From Clostridium sp. CAG:1000 (GTDB lineage Bacteria; Bacillota_I; Bacilli_A; RF39; UBA660): a stretch of 64,000 nucleotides of DNA. The notes below the pieces were generated by a model. It searched no databases, was not told the DNA's origin, and saw nothing but the letters and a program-made list of their open reading frames with translations. Positions 47,358 to 57,566 of the stretch are shown here, piece by piece; position 1 is the first letter of the stretch; every line of letters starts with the position of its first letter. Where the stretch lies: NCBI GenBank assembly GCA_000436975.1, contig HG000345.1, positions 3,518-67,517 on the forward strand. The letters run 5' to 3'. The position numbers and the translations under genes were made by a program.

Positions 47358-47810
47358 TTATAATACTCTTTCACATAGATCTTCGTATTTACTACCATGA
47401 GGAGTAATAGTAATTTGTCTAGTATTCTCATCAATCATTCTAAATTTAATGTCTAATCTATTTTTAGGTAAAATACCTTCAATTAAATCTGCCCATTCTA
47501 TTATGCAAACTCCTCTTTTAGTAAAATATTCAGTAATACCTAAATCCTGTTTGATATCACTAAGTCTATAGACATCCATATGAAATAATTTCATTTCAGC
47601 ATTATCATATTCTTTAATAATATTGAATGTCGGAGATGTGATATTATCTGTTATTCCTAATGAAGAGGCAAATGCTTTAGCAAAAACTGTCTTACCGCAT
47701 CCTAGATCACCCACTAAGCAAATAACCATGTTAGGAAACTTTTCAGACTCAATATTTTGAGCTAATTCAATTGTTTCATCTTCAGAATATGATGTTATTT
47801 TATATTGCAT
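47358..47810 (-). CDS. tsaE: tRNA t6A37 biosynthesis ATPase TsaE
   Basis: Contains GDLGCGKTVFAKAF, SPTFNI and HMDVYRL. Confidence 0.85.
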   Translation of the reverse strand: MQYKITSYSEDETIELAQNIESEKFPNMVICLVGDLGCGKTVFAKAFASSLGITDNITSPTFNIIKEYDNAEMKLFHMDVYRLSDIKQDLGITEYFTKRGVCIIEWADLIEGILPKNRLDIKFRMIDENTRQITITPHGSKYEDLCERVL

Positions 47811-47946
47811 TTTTATCACCATAACCATTGTATCATTAAAGGAAAAATATATACAAGTATTTTTGTATATTTTACATTTTTTTAATGAAACAGTCTATAC
47901 ATTAGTCAAAAGCCTTACATACAATAGTCTAGGAGGAATGAAGAAA

Positions 47947-48432
47947 ATGTATTTTGATGAAAATAATAATTATTTTGATATTATGTCTAATGAAGAAGAA
48001 TTTGAATTTAACAAAAATTATACAAAAAACGAAATAAACGATGTAGATGTTAATATCGACAGCATTAATTTTAATAGAGGAGATGATTTATATTCGCCTA
48101 TAGAAGGATTTAATAAAGGTAATATGTTTAAAAAATTATACTCACAATATAAAAATCATGTGTATAAATTAAAGGTGAGCAGTAAAAGAGATGAATTACT
48201 ATATCAAATTCAAATGTATATGTTCGCAATGAAAGATATTAATCTATATTTAGATTTACATCCAGAAGATGATAAAATGCTAAAGCTATTCTATGATTAC
48301 AAATACAAATATAATGAATTAAAAAAGAAATATGAGTCTCTCTATAGTCCGTTATGTATAGAAAATGTAACGAGTACTAGTAAATGGACTTGGATAAATA
48401 ATCCTTGGCCATGGGACAAAGGAGGTAACTAA
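47947..48432 (+). CDS. cotJB: spore coat protein CotJB with N-terminal CotJA-like region (apparent fusion)
   Basis: CotJB motif ELLYQIQMYMFAMKDINLYLDLHPED. The N-terminal YSPIEGFNKGNMFKKLY resembles CotJA. It lies directly upstream of cotJC. Confidence 0.7.
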   Translation: MYFDENNNYFDIMSNEEEFEFNKNYTKNEINDVDVNIDSINFNRGDDLYSPIEGFNKGNMFKKLYSQYKNHVYKLKVSSKRDELLYQIQMYMFAMKDINLYLDLHPEDDKMLKLFYDYKYKYNELKKKYESLYSPLCIENVTSTSKWTWINNPWPWDKGGN

Positions 48433-48433
48433 T

Positions 48434-48994
48434 ATGTTTAAATATGAAAAAACACTGGAATATCCTGTTAATGTAAAGAAAAAAGATTTAAGAATGGCAA
48501 AACTTCTTGTAGATCAACTTGGTGGTCCATCAGGAGAATTAGGTGCATGTCTAAGATACTTACTTCAAAGATTCACTATGCCAGATGATAAAGGAAAAGC
48601 ATTATTATCAGACATTGGATGCGAAGAAATAGGACATTGTGAAATGATTTGTACCATGATAAATCAACTAATAAAAGACGCTAGCATTAATGAACTAAAA
48701 TTAGCCGGATTAGACAGTTGGTATACACAACACAATAAAGGTGTTTATCCAAGCGATTCAAATGGAGTACCTTTTACAGCAGCTTATATCGCATCAACTG
48801 GAAATCCAATCGTTGATTTAACTGAAGATCTTGCTGCCGAAGAAAAAGCAAGAGTAACATACGAAAACTTAATGGATTTAACAACCGATGAAAGTATTTT
48901 AGGTCCACTTAGTTTCTTAAGACAACGTGAAGTAGTACACTATGCTAGGTTTAATGAGCTTCTCAATTATTACAAGAAAAAAGGATATAAATAA
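48434..48994 (+). CDS. cotJC: spore coat protein CotJC (manganese-catalase family)
   Basis: Contains LGGPSGELGACLRYLLQRF...CEEIGHCEM. Confidence 0.9.
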   Translation: MFKYEKTLEYPVNVKKKDLRMAKLLVDQLGGPSGELGACLRYLLQRFTMPDDKGKALLSDIGCEEIGHCEMICTMINQLIKDASINELKLAGLDSWYTQHNKGVYPSDSNGVPFTAAYIASTGNPIVDLTEDLAAEEKARVTYENLMDLTTDESILGPLSFLRQREVVHYARFNELLNYYKKKGYK

Positions 48995-49003
48995 TATCTT
49001 TTT

Positions 49004-49717
49004 TTATATCCTAATATCTTTTTTATTAAACATCTTATTTCCTAAGATATAATACAATATAGAATAGATAATATCTATTATAATACCATTTCTAAGACTT
49101 AGGTTACAACCTAAATCTTGATTTATACTGTAAAACATCATTTTATCATCAAATAAGTTTAATTCTAAATATGGGAAAGGAGTATATTCTATTAAAACAA
49201 AGCCATAACCTAATAAAATTTGAGAAACTATAAATGAAAAGATTGTTATAAACATATTTATTCCAACTACAAGAGCAGTATTTTTAAATAAAGTTGAAAA
49301 AAATATAATGTGAGTACCAATAAATATTAATGATGAACTATATAAAATAAATTTATACATGTATGAGGTATCAAACTTCTTAATAAAAATTAAATTAACA
49401 AGGATAAGGAACACCACAAGAATAAGCATATACAAAAATATAGAAATTATTTTGGAGAAATATATTTTCCATCTTTTTACAGGTTTAGTCAAATAGTAAC
49501 GGAAATTACCATTAGTGTATTCTGTGGAAATAATACCACTAAATAATATAGAAGAACTCACACCCACAAATGGTATCAAATTGAATGATTTATTTAAGGC
49601 AACATCTAAACTATTATATTTGTAAAGTAAACATACTATTATAAAGAAAGTAATAAACATAATTATAATTTTATAAAAACCAATTTTAATATATTCATTT
49701 TTAACAAGCCTAATCAT
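49004..49717 (-). CDS. ABC-2 type transporter permease
   Basis: Six hydrophobic segments. It overlaps the upstream ATPase gene. Confidence 0.7.
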   Translation of the reverse strand: MIRLVKNEYIKIGFYKIIIMFITFFIIVCLLYKYNSLDVALNKSFNLIPFVGVSSSILFSGIISTEYTNGNFRYYLTKPVKRWKIYFSKIISIFLYMLILVVFLILVNLIFIKKFDTSYMYKFILYSSSLIFIGTHIIFFSTLFKNTALVVGINMFITIFSFIVSQILLGYGFVLIEYTPFPYLELNLFDDKMMFYSINQDLGCNLSLRNGIIIDIIYSILYYILGNKMFNKKDIRI

Positions 49718-50579
49718 TATTCACCATCGAGAAAAAATCGTTTTTAAGACTATCATTTTCATATATCCTATATACTTTTATATTATTAAATACAAGTTTT
49801 TCAGTTAGCTTACTTATAGTTTCATCTGTTTCATATACTTCTAGATTATCATTTATACAATAATTATAAAGCAATAATTTAGCCTTAGAAAAATCATTAA
49901 CTTCAAATGTAACATTCTTTTTATTTGAGGACTTATCAAGTGTTTTAATGGAAACTATTTTCCCACTATTTATGAAAATGACTCTATCACATAACTGTTC
50001 TATTTCACTTAATAGATGTGATGATATTAATATTGTTGTACCTTTCATTTCTTTTAACAAATTCATAACATTTTTAACACCGATAGGATCAAGACCATTA
50101 GTAGGCTCATCTAAAATTAATATTTTAGGTTTATTTATCAATGACGCTGCAATACCAAGACGCTCCTTCATACCGAGTGAATAAGTCTTGAATTTTTTAC
50201 CCAAATGCTTTTCCATTTCTACTATTTCAACTATTTCCTTGATTCTTTTTTCATCTACGTCTTTAAACATTGATTTAAATAATTCTAAATTATCAAAACC
50301 GGATAAATTCTTATATAGATCAGGGCTTTCTATTAAAGTACCAACCAAGGACATAGCTTTTTCGTAATTATGTTTTAAATCAATTGAATAGTATTCAACC
50401 AACCCTTCATCATTCGGATATAAACCACTCATTATCTTTAACAATGTGCTTTTACCTGCCCCGTTAGGACCTACTAAACCAACAATTTCCCCTTCATAAA
50501 TATCAAAATTAATATTATCAAGAATTTTTCTACCATTAATTTCCTTACTTACATTTCTTACTTTTATAGCTTTTTTCAT
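49710..50579 (-). CDS. ABC transporter ATP-binding protein
   Basis: Walker A GPNGAGKST, signature YSLGMKER, Walker B ILILDEPT. ATG at 50579 follows AAAGGAG. Confidence 0.9.
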   Translation of the reverse strand: MKKAIKVRNVSKEINGRKILDNINFDIYEGEIVGLVGPNGAGKSTLLKIMSGLYPNDEGLVEYYSIDLKHNYEKAMSLVGTLIESPDLYKNLSGFDNLELFKSMFKDVDEKRIKEIVEIVEMEKHLGKKFKTYSLGMKERLGIAASLINKPKILILDEPTNGLDPIGVKNVMNLLKEMKGTTILISSHLLSEIEQLCDRVIFINSGKIVSIKTLDKSSNKKNVTFEVNDFSKAKLLLYNYCINDNLEVYETDETISKLTEKLVFNNIKVYRIYENDSLKNDFFSMVNND

Positions 50580-50751
50580 AAATACTCCTTTCACGATGAA
50601 AGTATATAATTTTACATTACTTAATGCAAATCAATGAAAATAAGTTTTAAGTAACAAAGTATAATAAAAAAATGAAAATATTTTGTCAAAAAATTATTTT
50701 CACTTTAATTAACATTATTCAAAAATTTAAAATATAAGTTTTTAAATTTTT

Positions 50752-51720
50752 TTACATATCGCTTAAATCAACATTCTCTTCTATAATAATATCTTTAAAA
50801 ATTTCTTTAAATCTAGCTATTTCTTTAACTTTAGCATCTTCATAAACAGATTTTGTTCTGCATATTGCTTTATAGAAATGCTTTAACTTTACTTCTTTGC
50901 TATTTTCATATAAAGCCATTGAAAAAGCACTCATCACTACAGTTAAAGCTATATCTGGATATCTATTACCAATTTCATATATTCTTTTATATTCATCAGT
51001 TAATTCAACGATAAATCTAAATATTTTTTCTTTTACAAAATCAGTATAATTTAGTTTAACGCCTGTTCTTTTTTCATATTTTGGATATGTTCCCATTAAT
51101 ATTTGAACGCATTGATCCTCTGTTGGTTCTAAAACATCTACTCTTAAGAATCTTCTTAAAAACGCCCTATCTCTTAATATATATGCCTCATATTCTTCAT
51201 CAGTTGTTGCACCAATCATTTTGATATCACCACGATCAAGGCCAGGTTTTAACATATTAGCAAAGTCAATACTCATATTGGCAGTATTTCTATTTACTAA
51301 TAAATGAACTTCATCTATAAATAATAATATATTCTTTTTTGTTTTTAATTCATCTATTAGTAATTGTAATCTATTCTCATTTTGCCCATCGCTAACAGCT
51401 TCACCAAGCAAACTAGAAATATTAATTTTAATTAATTCATATGGTTTTAATGCATCTGGAACATTGCCAGTTTTCATCCTATAACCTATTCCTTCAACTA
51501 TGGCAGTTTTACCTATACCAGCTTTTCCAACTAAAAGTGCACTCTTTTCTGGAGTTAATAAAATCATAATAGTTTGTTCTATTTCACTATCTCTACCAAT
51601 AGCTGGATTAGTAATATATTCTTTTTTACTTAAGTTTTCGCCATAAGTATCTAAAATACTAAGTTTTTTAGATGTCTCTTCTTTTGCATTACCATCTTCA
51701 TTTATTTCAATAATTTCCAT
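50752..51720 (-). CDS. stand-alone AAA+ ATPase related to the ClpA/ClpB/ClpC D1 module
   Basis: Contains AIGRDSEIEQTIMIL, Walker A GKAGIGKTA, Walker B LLFIDEVH, and GATTDEEY...RAFLRRF. Confidence 0.75.
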   Translation of the reverse strand: MEIIEINEDGNAKEETSKKLSILDTYGENLSKKEYITNPAIGRDSEIEQTIMILLTPEKSALLVGKAGIGKTAIVEGIGYRMKTGNVPDALKPYELIKINISSLLGEAVSDGQNENRLQLLIDELKTKKNILLFIDEVHLLVNRNTANMSIDFANMLKPGLDRGDIKMIGATTDEEYEAYILRDRAFLRRFLRVDVLEPTEDQCVQILMGTYPKYEKRTGVKLNYTDFVKEKIFRFIVELTDEYKRIYEIGNRYPDIALTVVMSAFSMALYENSKEVKLKHFYKAICRTKSVYEDAKVKEIARFKEIFKDIIIEENVDLSDM

Positions 51721-51779
51721 ATCATCACCTATTTTCAATATAATTTTATCAATTTTTATATTAAAAGTCTACATTTTTA

Positions 51780-51808
51780 TTGACAAATGGCAATACCGAA
51801 GTTATAAT
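51780..51808 (+). promoter_or_regulatory. promoter TTGACA-17-TATAAT for tRNA-Asn
   Basis: -35 at 51780-51785 and -10 at 51803-51808. Confidence 0.65.
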
Positions 51809-51821
51809 TATTTATGCAAGT

Positions 51822-51897
51822 GCCTGATTAGCTCAGTCGGTAGAGCGCACGGCTGTTAACCGTTAGGTCGCAGGTTCGAGTCCTGCATCAGGCGCCA
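51822..51897 (+). tRNA. tRNA-Asn (anticodon GTT), CCA encoded
   Basis: Cloverleaf read by eye: GCCTGAT-TA-GCTC-AGTCGGTA-GAGC-G-CACGG-CTGTTAA-CCGTT-AGGTC-GCAGG-TTCGAGT-CCTGC-ATCAGGC-G-CCA. Confidence 0.95.
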
Positions 51898-51907
51898 GTT
51901 AGAAAAT

Positions 51908-51933
51908 AAACTCAAGTTCTCTTGAGTTTTTTT
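51908..51933 (+). terminator. intrinsic terminator after tRNA-Asn
   Basis: AAACTCAAG-ttct-CTTGAGTTT followed by a T-run. Confidence 0.8.
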
Positions 51934-51934
51934 A

Positions 51935-53908
51935 TTATATAATTATATTTAATAATAATAGAAACACTATTCCGGTTAACAGTGGTATTATAAATGAATA
52001 AATCATCCATTTAGTACCAACTTCGCTTTTAATAGTTGCTAGTGTGGTTGCACATGGAAAATGCATAATAGAAAATAATATTGTACACATAGCTGTAACA
52101 ATAGTCCATCCATTATCAATTAAAATATTCTTTATTGTTAAATAATTACTAATTAAAGATACGGATGTTTCATTTAGATAACCCATAATCATTAAAGGCA
52201 TAACTATCTCATTTGCCGGAAAGCCCAAAATAAATGATGTAAGAATAGTTCCATCAAGACCAAGTAGTTTAGCAAAAGAATCTAAAAAGCAAGATATATA
52301 AACTAACAATGATACATTATTTATATTTACCTTAGTTAGTATATAAATTATTAACCCTGCAGGCAAAGATATTAATACTGCTTTTTTTAAAATACTTAAA
52401 GACTTGTAAACAAAACTAGTTTTAATAACACTTCTTATTTTTACTTTTTTGTAATCAGGAAGTTCTAAGACAAAAAATCCAGAATATCCTTTTAATATTG
52501 TTTTAGATAATATAAACGATGTTAAAAAAGACATAAATATTGCAAAAATAACAAACATAGTCAAATATAAAGCAATCATTATCTTATTATTACTATTAAC
52601 AAAAAACATACTTATAATGGCTATAATCATAGGAAATCTTCCATTACATGGTATAAATGAATTAGTAAGTATTGCTAATAATTTATCTCTTTTACTATCA
52701 ATTATCCTACTTCCAACTACTGCACATGCATTACATCCAAAACCTGAACATATAGTTAACGACTGTTTTCCATGACAGTTTGCTTTAGAACATATTTTAT
52801 CAAAATTAAATGCTATCCTTGGCAAAAGCCCACTTTCTTCCGCATAGGTAAATAAAAAGAAAAATATAACAAGAGGTGGAAACATAACAGATATTATAAA
52901 AGAAACAACTCTATATACTCCAAAAATAATTGGTTCATATACTAATTTTGGTATATTTAATAGATTTGATAATTTAAACAGAAATTTTTCAATACATATA
53001 AATAAATTACTTAATAGTTCACTTGGATAATTAGCTAAAACAATAGTTGTTAAAAATATCATAAATAGCATTAGAAGCATTAAAGGAACTGCATATATTT
53101 TACTTGTTAATATTTTATCTAATTTATTAATTCCTTTCTTGTTACTTTTTTTAACACTTCTATCGCAAATCTCTTTACTGAAATTGTTAATAATGATTGA
53201 TATATTGTCAGCTATTTCCTCACTATTTATTGACATTATATATTTTTTAATATTTTCATTTATTATATTATCACCATTTATTTTTTGAATTGCCTCAATT
53301 ATATTTAAATCTCTTTCTAAAATTTTAATAGCAATAAATCTATTTTTATATGGTTCATCCAAATAATTAATTATATTTGATATATGCTTTTCAATTTCAT
53401 CGTTATAAATTATATTATAGTTTAAGTAAGAATGTTTATCCAACGATAGCAATAGCGTGTCAATTCCAATATTACTTTTAGTAGAGCACTCTATTACTTC
53501 TATTCCTAATATTTTTTTTAATAAATCTACGTCAATATTTATTTGTTTGCTTTTTAATTCATCAACCATATTTAAACACAATATAATATTTTTATTTATT
53601 TCAGATATTTGTAATAATAAATTTAAATTCTTTTCTAAATTGGAAGCATCACATACATATATTATTTTTTCATATTCTGTAAAATACATAGTATTTCTAG
53701 CAACTATTTCTTCATCACTTAAACTAGATAATGAATAAATACCTGGTAAATCTATTAATTTATAATCAGTATTTTTTATTGCCTTACTCGTTATTTCCAC
53801 TGTTTTACCAGTCCAATTGCCCGTATGCTCATGTGATTTAGTTAATATATTATACAAAGATGATTTACCTACATTTGGGTTACCACATAATAAAATGTTT
53901 TTACTCAT
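51935..53908 (-). CDS. feoB: ferrous iron transporter FeoB
   Basis: N-terminal GTPase motif GNPNVGKSSLYN followed by a polytopic membrane domain. The start was trimmed to MSKNILLCG, which overlaps the feoA stop. Confidence 0.9.
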   Translation of the reverse strand: MSKNILLCGNPNVGKSSLYNILTKSHEHTGNWTGKTVEITSKAIKNTDYKLIDLPGIYSLSSLSDEEIVARNTMYFTEYEKIIYVCDASNLEKNLNLLLQISEINKNIILCLNMVDELKSKQINIDVDLLKKILGIEVIECSTKSNIGIDTLLLSLDKHSYLNYNIIYNDEIEKHISNIINYLDEPYKNRFIAIKILERDLNIIEAIQKINGDNIINENIKKYIMSINSEEIADNISIIINNFSKEICDRSVKKSNKKGINKLDKILTSKIYAVPLMLLMLFMIFLTTIVLANYPSELLSNLFICIEKFLFKLSNLLNIPKLVYEPIIFGVYRVVSFIISVMFPPLVIFFFLFTYAEESGLLPRIAFNFDKICSKANCHGKQSLTICSGFGCNACAVVGSRIIDSKRDKLLAILTNSFIPCNGRFPMIIAIISMFFVNSNNKIMIALYLTMFVIFAIFMSFLTSFILSKTILKGYSGFFVLELPDYKKVKIRSVIKTSFVYKSLSILKKAVLISLPAGLIIYILTKVNINNVSLLVYISCFLDSFAKLLGLDGTILTSFILGFPANEIVMPLMIMGYLNETSVSLISNYLTIKNILIDNGWTIVTAMCTILFSIMHFPCATTLATIKSEVGTKWMIYSFIIPLLTGIVFLLLLNIII

Positions 53909-54125
53909 ATGACACCTCAATTTTATAGGCATCCTCTTTTCTTAATGCAATAAATGTATCTTTTACTTTATAGCAAGAAGGGCTACCAAAAACAGAGTCA
54001 TACATTTTTTCTATTAACTGTCCCGGTATAAAACCCAAATCATATAGCCTTCTCTTTTTTATTCCATGAAAACCTATATATTTAATTATAGCTTTTTTAT
54101 TTATATCTAGATTACCTAAGTTCAT
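53901..54125 (-). CDS. feoA: FeoA
   Basis: 74 aa of SH3-like FeoA type (RLYDLGFIPG), upstream of feoB. Confidence 0.85.
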   Translation of the reverse strand: MNLGNLDINKKAIIKYIGFHGIKKRRLYDLGFIPGQLIEKMYDSVFGSPSCYKVKDTFIALRKEDAYKIEVSYE

Positions 54126-54193
54126 AATAGTTCACCCACCTATGATAATATATGATTTCTTTCTTTTTTTGATATAAAAACATATTATTAACT

Positions 54194-54574
54194 ATGAAAG
54201 AAAGTTTTCATGACATATTTAATACTAATCCAAGATATTCAACAACAGTTGGATTTATTTTGGGTTTATTACTTGTTGATGACTTAACTGCTCCAGAACA
54301 AAATTTGTTAGGGAACTGGATAATTTTAATAGGACAAACCATTTTAACAAATGCCTCTTCTCAAAATATTATAGAATCAAGAATAAGTGGCAATATAATA
54401 AATATAAATTCAAAAGAAATAAAATGTATATATAATCCTCCTATCTATAATATTAAAAAAATAAGAAAAATTATTAAAGATTTATACCCTAATAGTCAAG
54501 CAGAATTAGATGTTTTAAAAAAAAGCATTTGTGCTTTACAAGAAGAAATAAACAAATTAAAAAAGAATAGCTAA
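54194..54574 (+). CDS. hypothetical protein
   Basis: 126-aa ORF with one hydrophobic segment. Confidence 0.5.
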   Translation: MKESFHDIFNTNPRYSTTVGFILGLLLVDDLTAPEQNLLGNWIILIGQTILTNASSQNIIESRISGNIININSKEIKCIYNPPIYNIKKIRKIIKDLYPNSQAELDVLKKSICALQEEINKLKKNS

Positions 54575-55782
54575 TTTATAACCACTCTTTCTAAATCTTT
54601 TTTATTACCTATTATTTTAACAGTATATCTTGATAGTTCATCTGAATCATATATTTTATTTTCTTTTAAATTTTCAATATAAACACTTAGTTTATCTCTA
54701 TAATCTTGTTTTAAAGATATATAAACATTATGATTACTTTTTTTGTTATAAAAATTGTAGTAGCACTCATAATACTTTACCTCAACACCAATCTTTCCAT
54801 TCATGCTTTCGTTGTATTCCAGTTCATACTTAGTTTTATAATTACTATTAAAATATATATAAAACTTTTTTGATTCATTTTGAGGTAAATTATATTCTTC
54901 ATATTTTCTTGTAAAATTATATTTATCGCTTACATCCTTAACAGTATCTATTTTACTCATTTTATAAGCAGTTAAAGCAATACCAAAACCTAATATAAAT
55001 AAAATAACTAACAATGATATAAACCATATCATTTTGTCCATTTTTTTCTTAAATAATGTTCTATTGACTAATAATAAAGCCCATAGAGTTAATAACATAA
55101 GTGAAAATAATATAATATTAATTCCATATATTTTAACACCATCTAATATAGCAAATAAGCCTGCTATAAAGGCAATAGAAGCCCATAACCATAAGAATAA
55201 TAGTGTTATAACAACTAATACTTTTAAAACCTTAATAAACATTCTATGTTTTCTTTCTTTTTTAGTTTCAAATAACTTTTTATCTGTAGGAATACTACTA
55301 ATAATAGATATTTCGTTTTTAATATTTTCTTTTAATTCAGAAGATGCCTCCTTAATATTATCAGAAATATTTTTAGTATCTTTTTCAATTTTTTCTTTAA
55401 CAGTTTCAATATTATTTTTAATTTTTTGAGTTTTCATCTTTTTCTTAAACATTAAATTAAATTTATCATCGAAATCATTAATTTTATCTTCAAACTCTTT
55501 TATTTTACTTTTCTTACCTTTATCTTTGCTCTTTTTATTAAAAATATTTTTAATTTTAAAAGGTAAATCACTTTTTTTGTTAAGCTCTATTTCTTTTTTG
55601 GCAATCTCTTCAATATTTCCAAAAGACTTAATTATTACAGTTATCTTTTTACCATTCTTTTTTTCTTCTTCAATAATATTTTTATATTTTAAAAGAATAG
55701 CATCTTTCTTTTTAGTATTCATATTGCCTAGCTTTTCATTTAACTCGTTTAAAAACTTTTGATCTTTTTTCATCTCATTCAC
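54571..55782 (-). CDS. DUF1700-like membrane protein
   Basis: The N-terminal pattern FLNELNEKLGNM...IIKSFGNIEEIAKKE is followed by a charged linker and 4 TM helices. Confidence 0.45.
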   Translation of the reverse strand: MNEMKKDQKFLNELNEKLGNMNTKKKDAILLKYKNIIEEEKKNGKKITVIIKSFGNIEEIAKKEIELNKKSDLPFKIKNIFNKKSKDKGKKSKIKEFEDKINDFDDKFNLMFKKKMKTQKIKNNIETVKEKIEKDTKNISDNIKEASSELKENIKNEISIISSIPTDKKLFETKKERKHRMFIKVLKVLVVITLLFLWLWASIAFIAGLFAILDGVKIYGINIILFSLMLLTLWALLLVNRTLFKKKMDKMIWFISLLVILFILGFGIALTAYKMSKIDTVKDVSDKYNFTRKYEEYNLPQNESKKFYIYFNSNYKTKYELEYNESMNGKIGVEVKYYECYYNFYNKKSNHNVYISLKQDYRDKLSVYIENLKENKIYDSDELSRYTVKIIGNKKDLERVVIN

Positions 55783-55822
55783 CTTTATTTAAAATATATG
55801 ATATTCTATTAAACAATATTTG

Positions 55823-56440
55823 TCAATTAAATAATTTATTAATTTCTTTTTTTATTGTCTTCTTTATAGATTTAATTATATCATCAATTAAATCATTAAT
55901 AAAGTCTGTAATAATTTGTGAAATGCTTTTACCCTCACTCTCAGTATTTTCTTTAGTATATGAAGTATCATTGCTTACACTCCATACGCCTATCTTTTTA
56001 TTTTTAACACTATGCTCAATATCTTTCAATTCATCAGTGTATAGATAATTTCCATAAATATAAGCCACTTTAGCATAACCCTTTTCAATTAATTCTTTTT
56101 GTAGTAAAGAGTTATCTACATATATCCACCCTAAAGTCCTTTTATATTTATCTGTTTTGTCACTTCCAGGATCATATTCAAGTTCTAGCTTTTTAGCATT
56201 CTTAACTCTATTGCAAGTATAATTACTTGCCTCTTTACCAAAAGGTTCAACTTTCTTTTTAGGGTGAACTGTCTCAGGTGTATCAACCGCAAGAAATCTA
56301 ATAGTTGAAACGTCCCCGTCTATTTTAGCTTTTATCGTATCCCCGTCAACACAAGAATCAAAATCAATTTTGATTCTTTCAGCTTTTATACTTAATGGAA
56401 ATATCATCAAAATAAAAAATATTATTACTACTTTTTTCAT
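55823..56440 (-). CDS. secreted thermonuclease (staphylococcal nuclease family)
   Basis: Signal peptide plus DGDTIKAKIDG...IRFLAVDTPE...EPFGKEAS. Confidence 0.85.
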   Translation of the reverse strand: MKKVVIIFFILMIFPLSIKAERIKIDFDSCVDGDTIKAKIDGDVSTIRFLAVDTPETVHPKKKVEPFGKEASNYTCNRVKNAKKLELEYDPGSDKTDKYKRTLGWIYVDNSLLQKELIEKGYAKVAYIYGNYLYTDELKDIEHSVKNKKIGVWSVSNDTSYTKENTESEGKSISQIITDFINDLIDDIIKSIKKTIKKEINKLFN

Positions 56441-56479
56441 AATAATATTTTATCATATTTATATTTCTTTTAAAATACT

Positions 56480-56788
56480 TTAACTAAGTTCTGATAATTT
56501 TTTGCTATATTTCGTAAACGATTTTTCAATATTTTTTTCATCCTCTTGAGTTACTGAATACCATCCTTTTGAAAACATAAAGTTATATATTTCTCTAGCT
56601 ATATTTTTAGTATCTTCAAATATATTCATAACCTCTTTATATAAATATTTGTTACTCATTTCATTTATCGCAACACTATAATTATTAGATATATTTTTTT
56701 CACTAAGCATTATATCATTTAATATATCTTCTTCATTCATAAATTCATCTTTTATTACTTGATCACTTTCATTTTTAATAATTTTCAT
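56480..56788 (-). CDS. CotF-like spore coat protein
   Basis: Coat_F-type pattern ILNDIMLSEKNISNNYSVAINEMSN. Confidence 0.6.
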   Translation of the reverse strand: MKIIKNESDQVIKDEFMNEEDILNDIMLSEKNISNNYSVAINEMSNKYLYKEVMNIFEDTKNIAREIYNFMFSKGWYSVTQEDEKNIEKSFTKYSKKLSELS

Positions 56789-56797
56789 AATTCCTCC

Positions 56798-56995
56798 TTA
56801 TTGTAAAATATTTAGTAAATCTTGATAGTGTTTAGAGTGCATCTTTTTAGTTTTAATAAGCAATTTTTTAATTTCTTCATCTTCTATGCATTCTAAATAT
56901 GAATAAATTTTCTTATTCATAATAAAATTCCAATTTAACATATCCTCTATGTATAATAAATCTTTCACGGATATTATATTAGGTGTTTCTTTCAT
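56798..56995 (-). CDS. small hypothetical protein co-oriented with the CotF-like gene
   Basis: 65-aa ORF. Confidence 0.4.
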   Translation of the reverse strand: MKETPNIISVKDLLYIEDMLNWNFIMNKKIYSYLECIEDEEIKKLLIKTKKMHSKHYQDLLNILQ

Positions 56996-57065
56996 ATTTT
57001 TTACCTCCTAGTTATATTATTTACAAAAGTGAATATAATAATAATGTAAAAAAATTCCAAAAATT

Positions 57066-57092
57066 TTAGCACTTTCTATTGACAAGTGCTAA
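57066..57092 (+). promoter_or_regulatory. CIRCE (HrcA operator) overlapping the hsp20 promoter
   Basis: TTAGCACTT-N9-AAGTGCTAA. TTGACA at 57079-57084 and TATAAT at 57101-57106. Confidence 0.75.
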
Positions 57093-57130
57093 TTATTGAG
57101 TATAATTATAATTGTAAGGAGATGATAATA

Positions 57131-57529
57131 ATGAGTTTATTACCAGGAAAATTTTATTTAGATGATTTCTTTGATGATTTCGCATTACCTAAAATGCCAA
57201 AAATGGAATTGATGAAGACTGATGTCTATGAGAAAGGTGGTAACATTCATATTGAAATGGATGTCCCAGGATTTGATAAAAATGACATTAAAATTGATGT
57301 AGATGATGGTGTATTAACTATCGAAGCAGAAAAAGAAGAATCAAAAGAAGATAAAGAAGGTAAAAATTATTATAGAAGAGAAAGATCTTATGGTTCATTC
57401 AAAAGACAATTCAATGTTGGAAGCATTAAAGAAAATGAAATCAATGCCAAATTCCACAATGGTGTGTTAAAAATCTCTTTCCCAAAAGAAGAAAAGAAAG
57501 AAACAAAGAAATTTATCGAAATAAAATAA
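57131..57529 (+). CDS. Hsp20/alpha-crystallin small heat-shock protein
   Basis: Contains DVYEKGGNIHIEMDVPGFDKNDIKI...GVLKISFPK. ATG at 57131 follows AAGGAGA. Confidence 0.9.
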   Translation: MSLLPGKFYLDDFFDDFALPKMPKMELMKTDVYEKGGNIHIEMDVPGFDKNDIKIDVDDGVLTIEAEKEESKEDKEGKNYYRRERSYGSFKRQFNVGSIKENEINAKFHNGVLKISFPKEEKKETKKFIEIK

Positions 57530-57536
57530 ATAAATC

Positions 57537-57566
57537 AAAAAGGTTCACTAATTTAGTGAACCTTTT
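57537..57566. terminator. bidirectional terminator (13-bp perfect stem)
   Basis: AAAAGGTTCACTA-att-TAGTGAACCTTTT between the convergent hsp20 and ychF genes. Confidence 0.8.
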
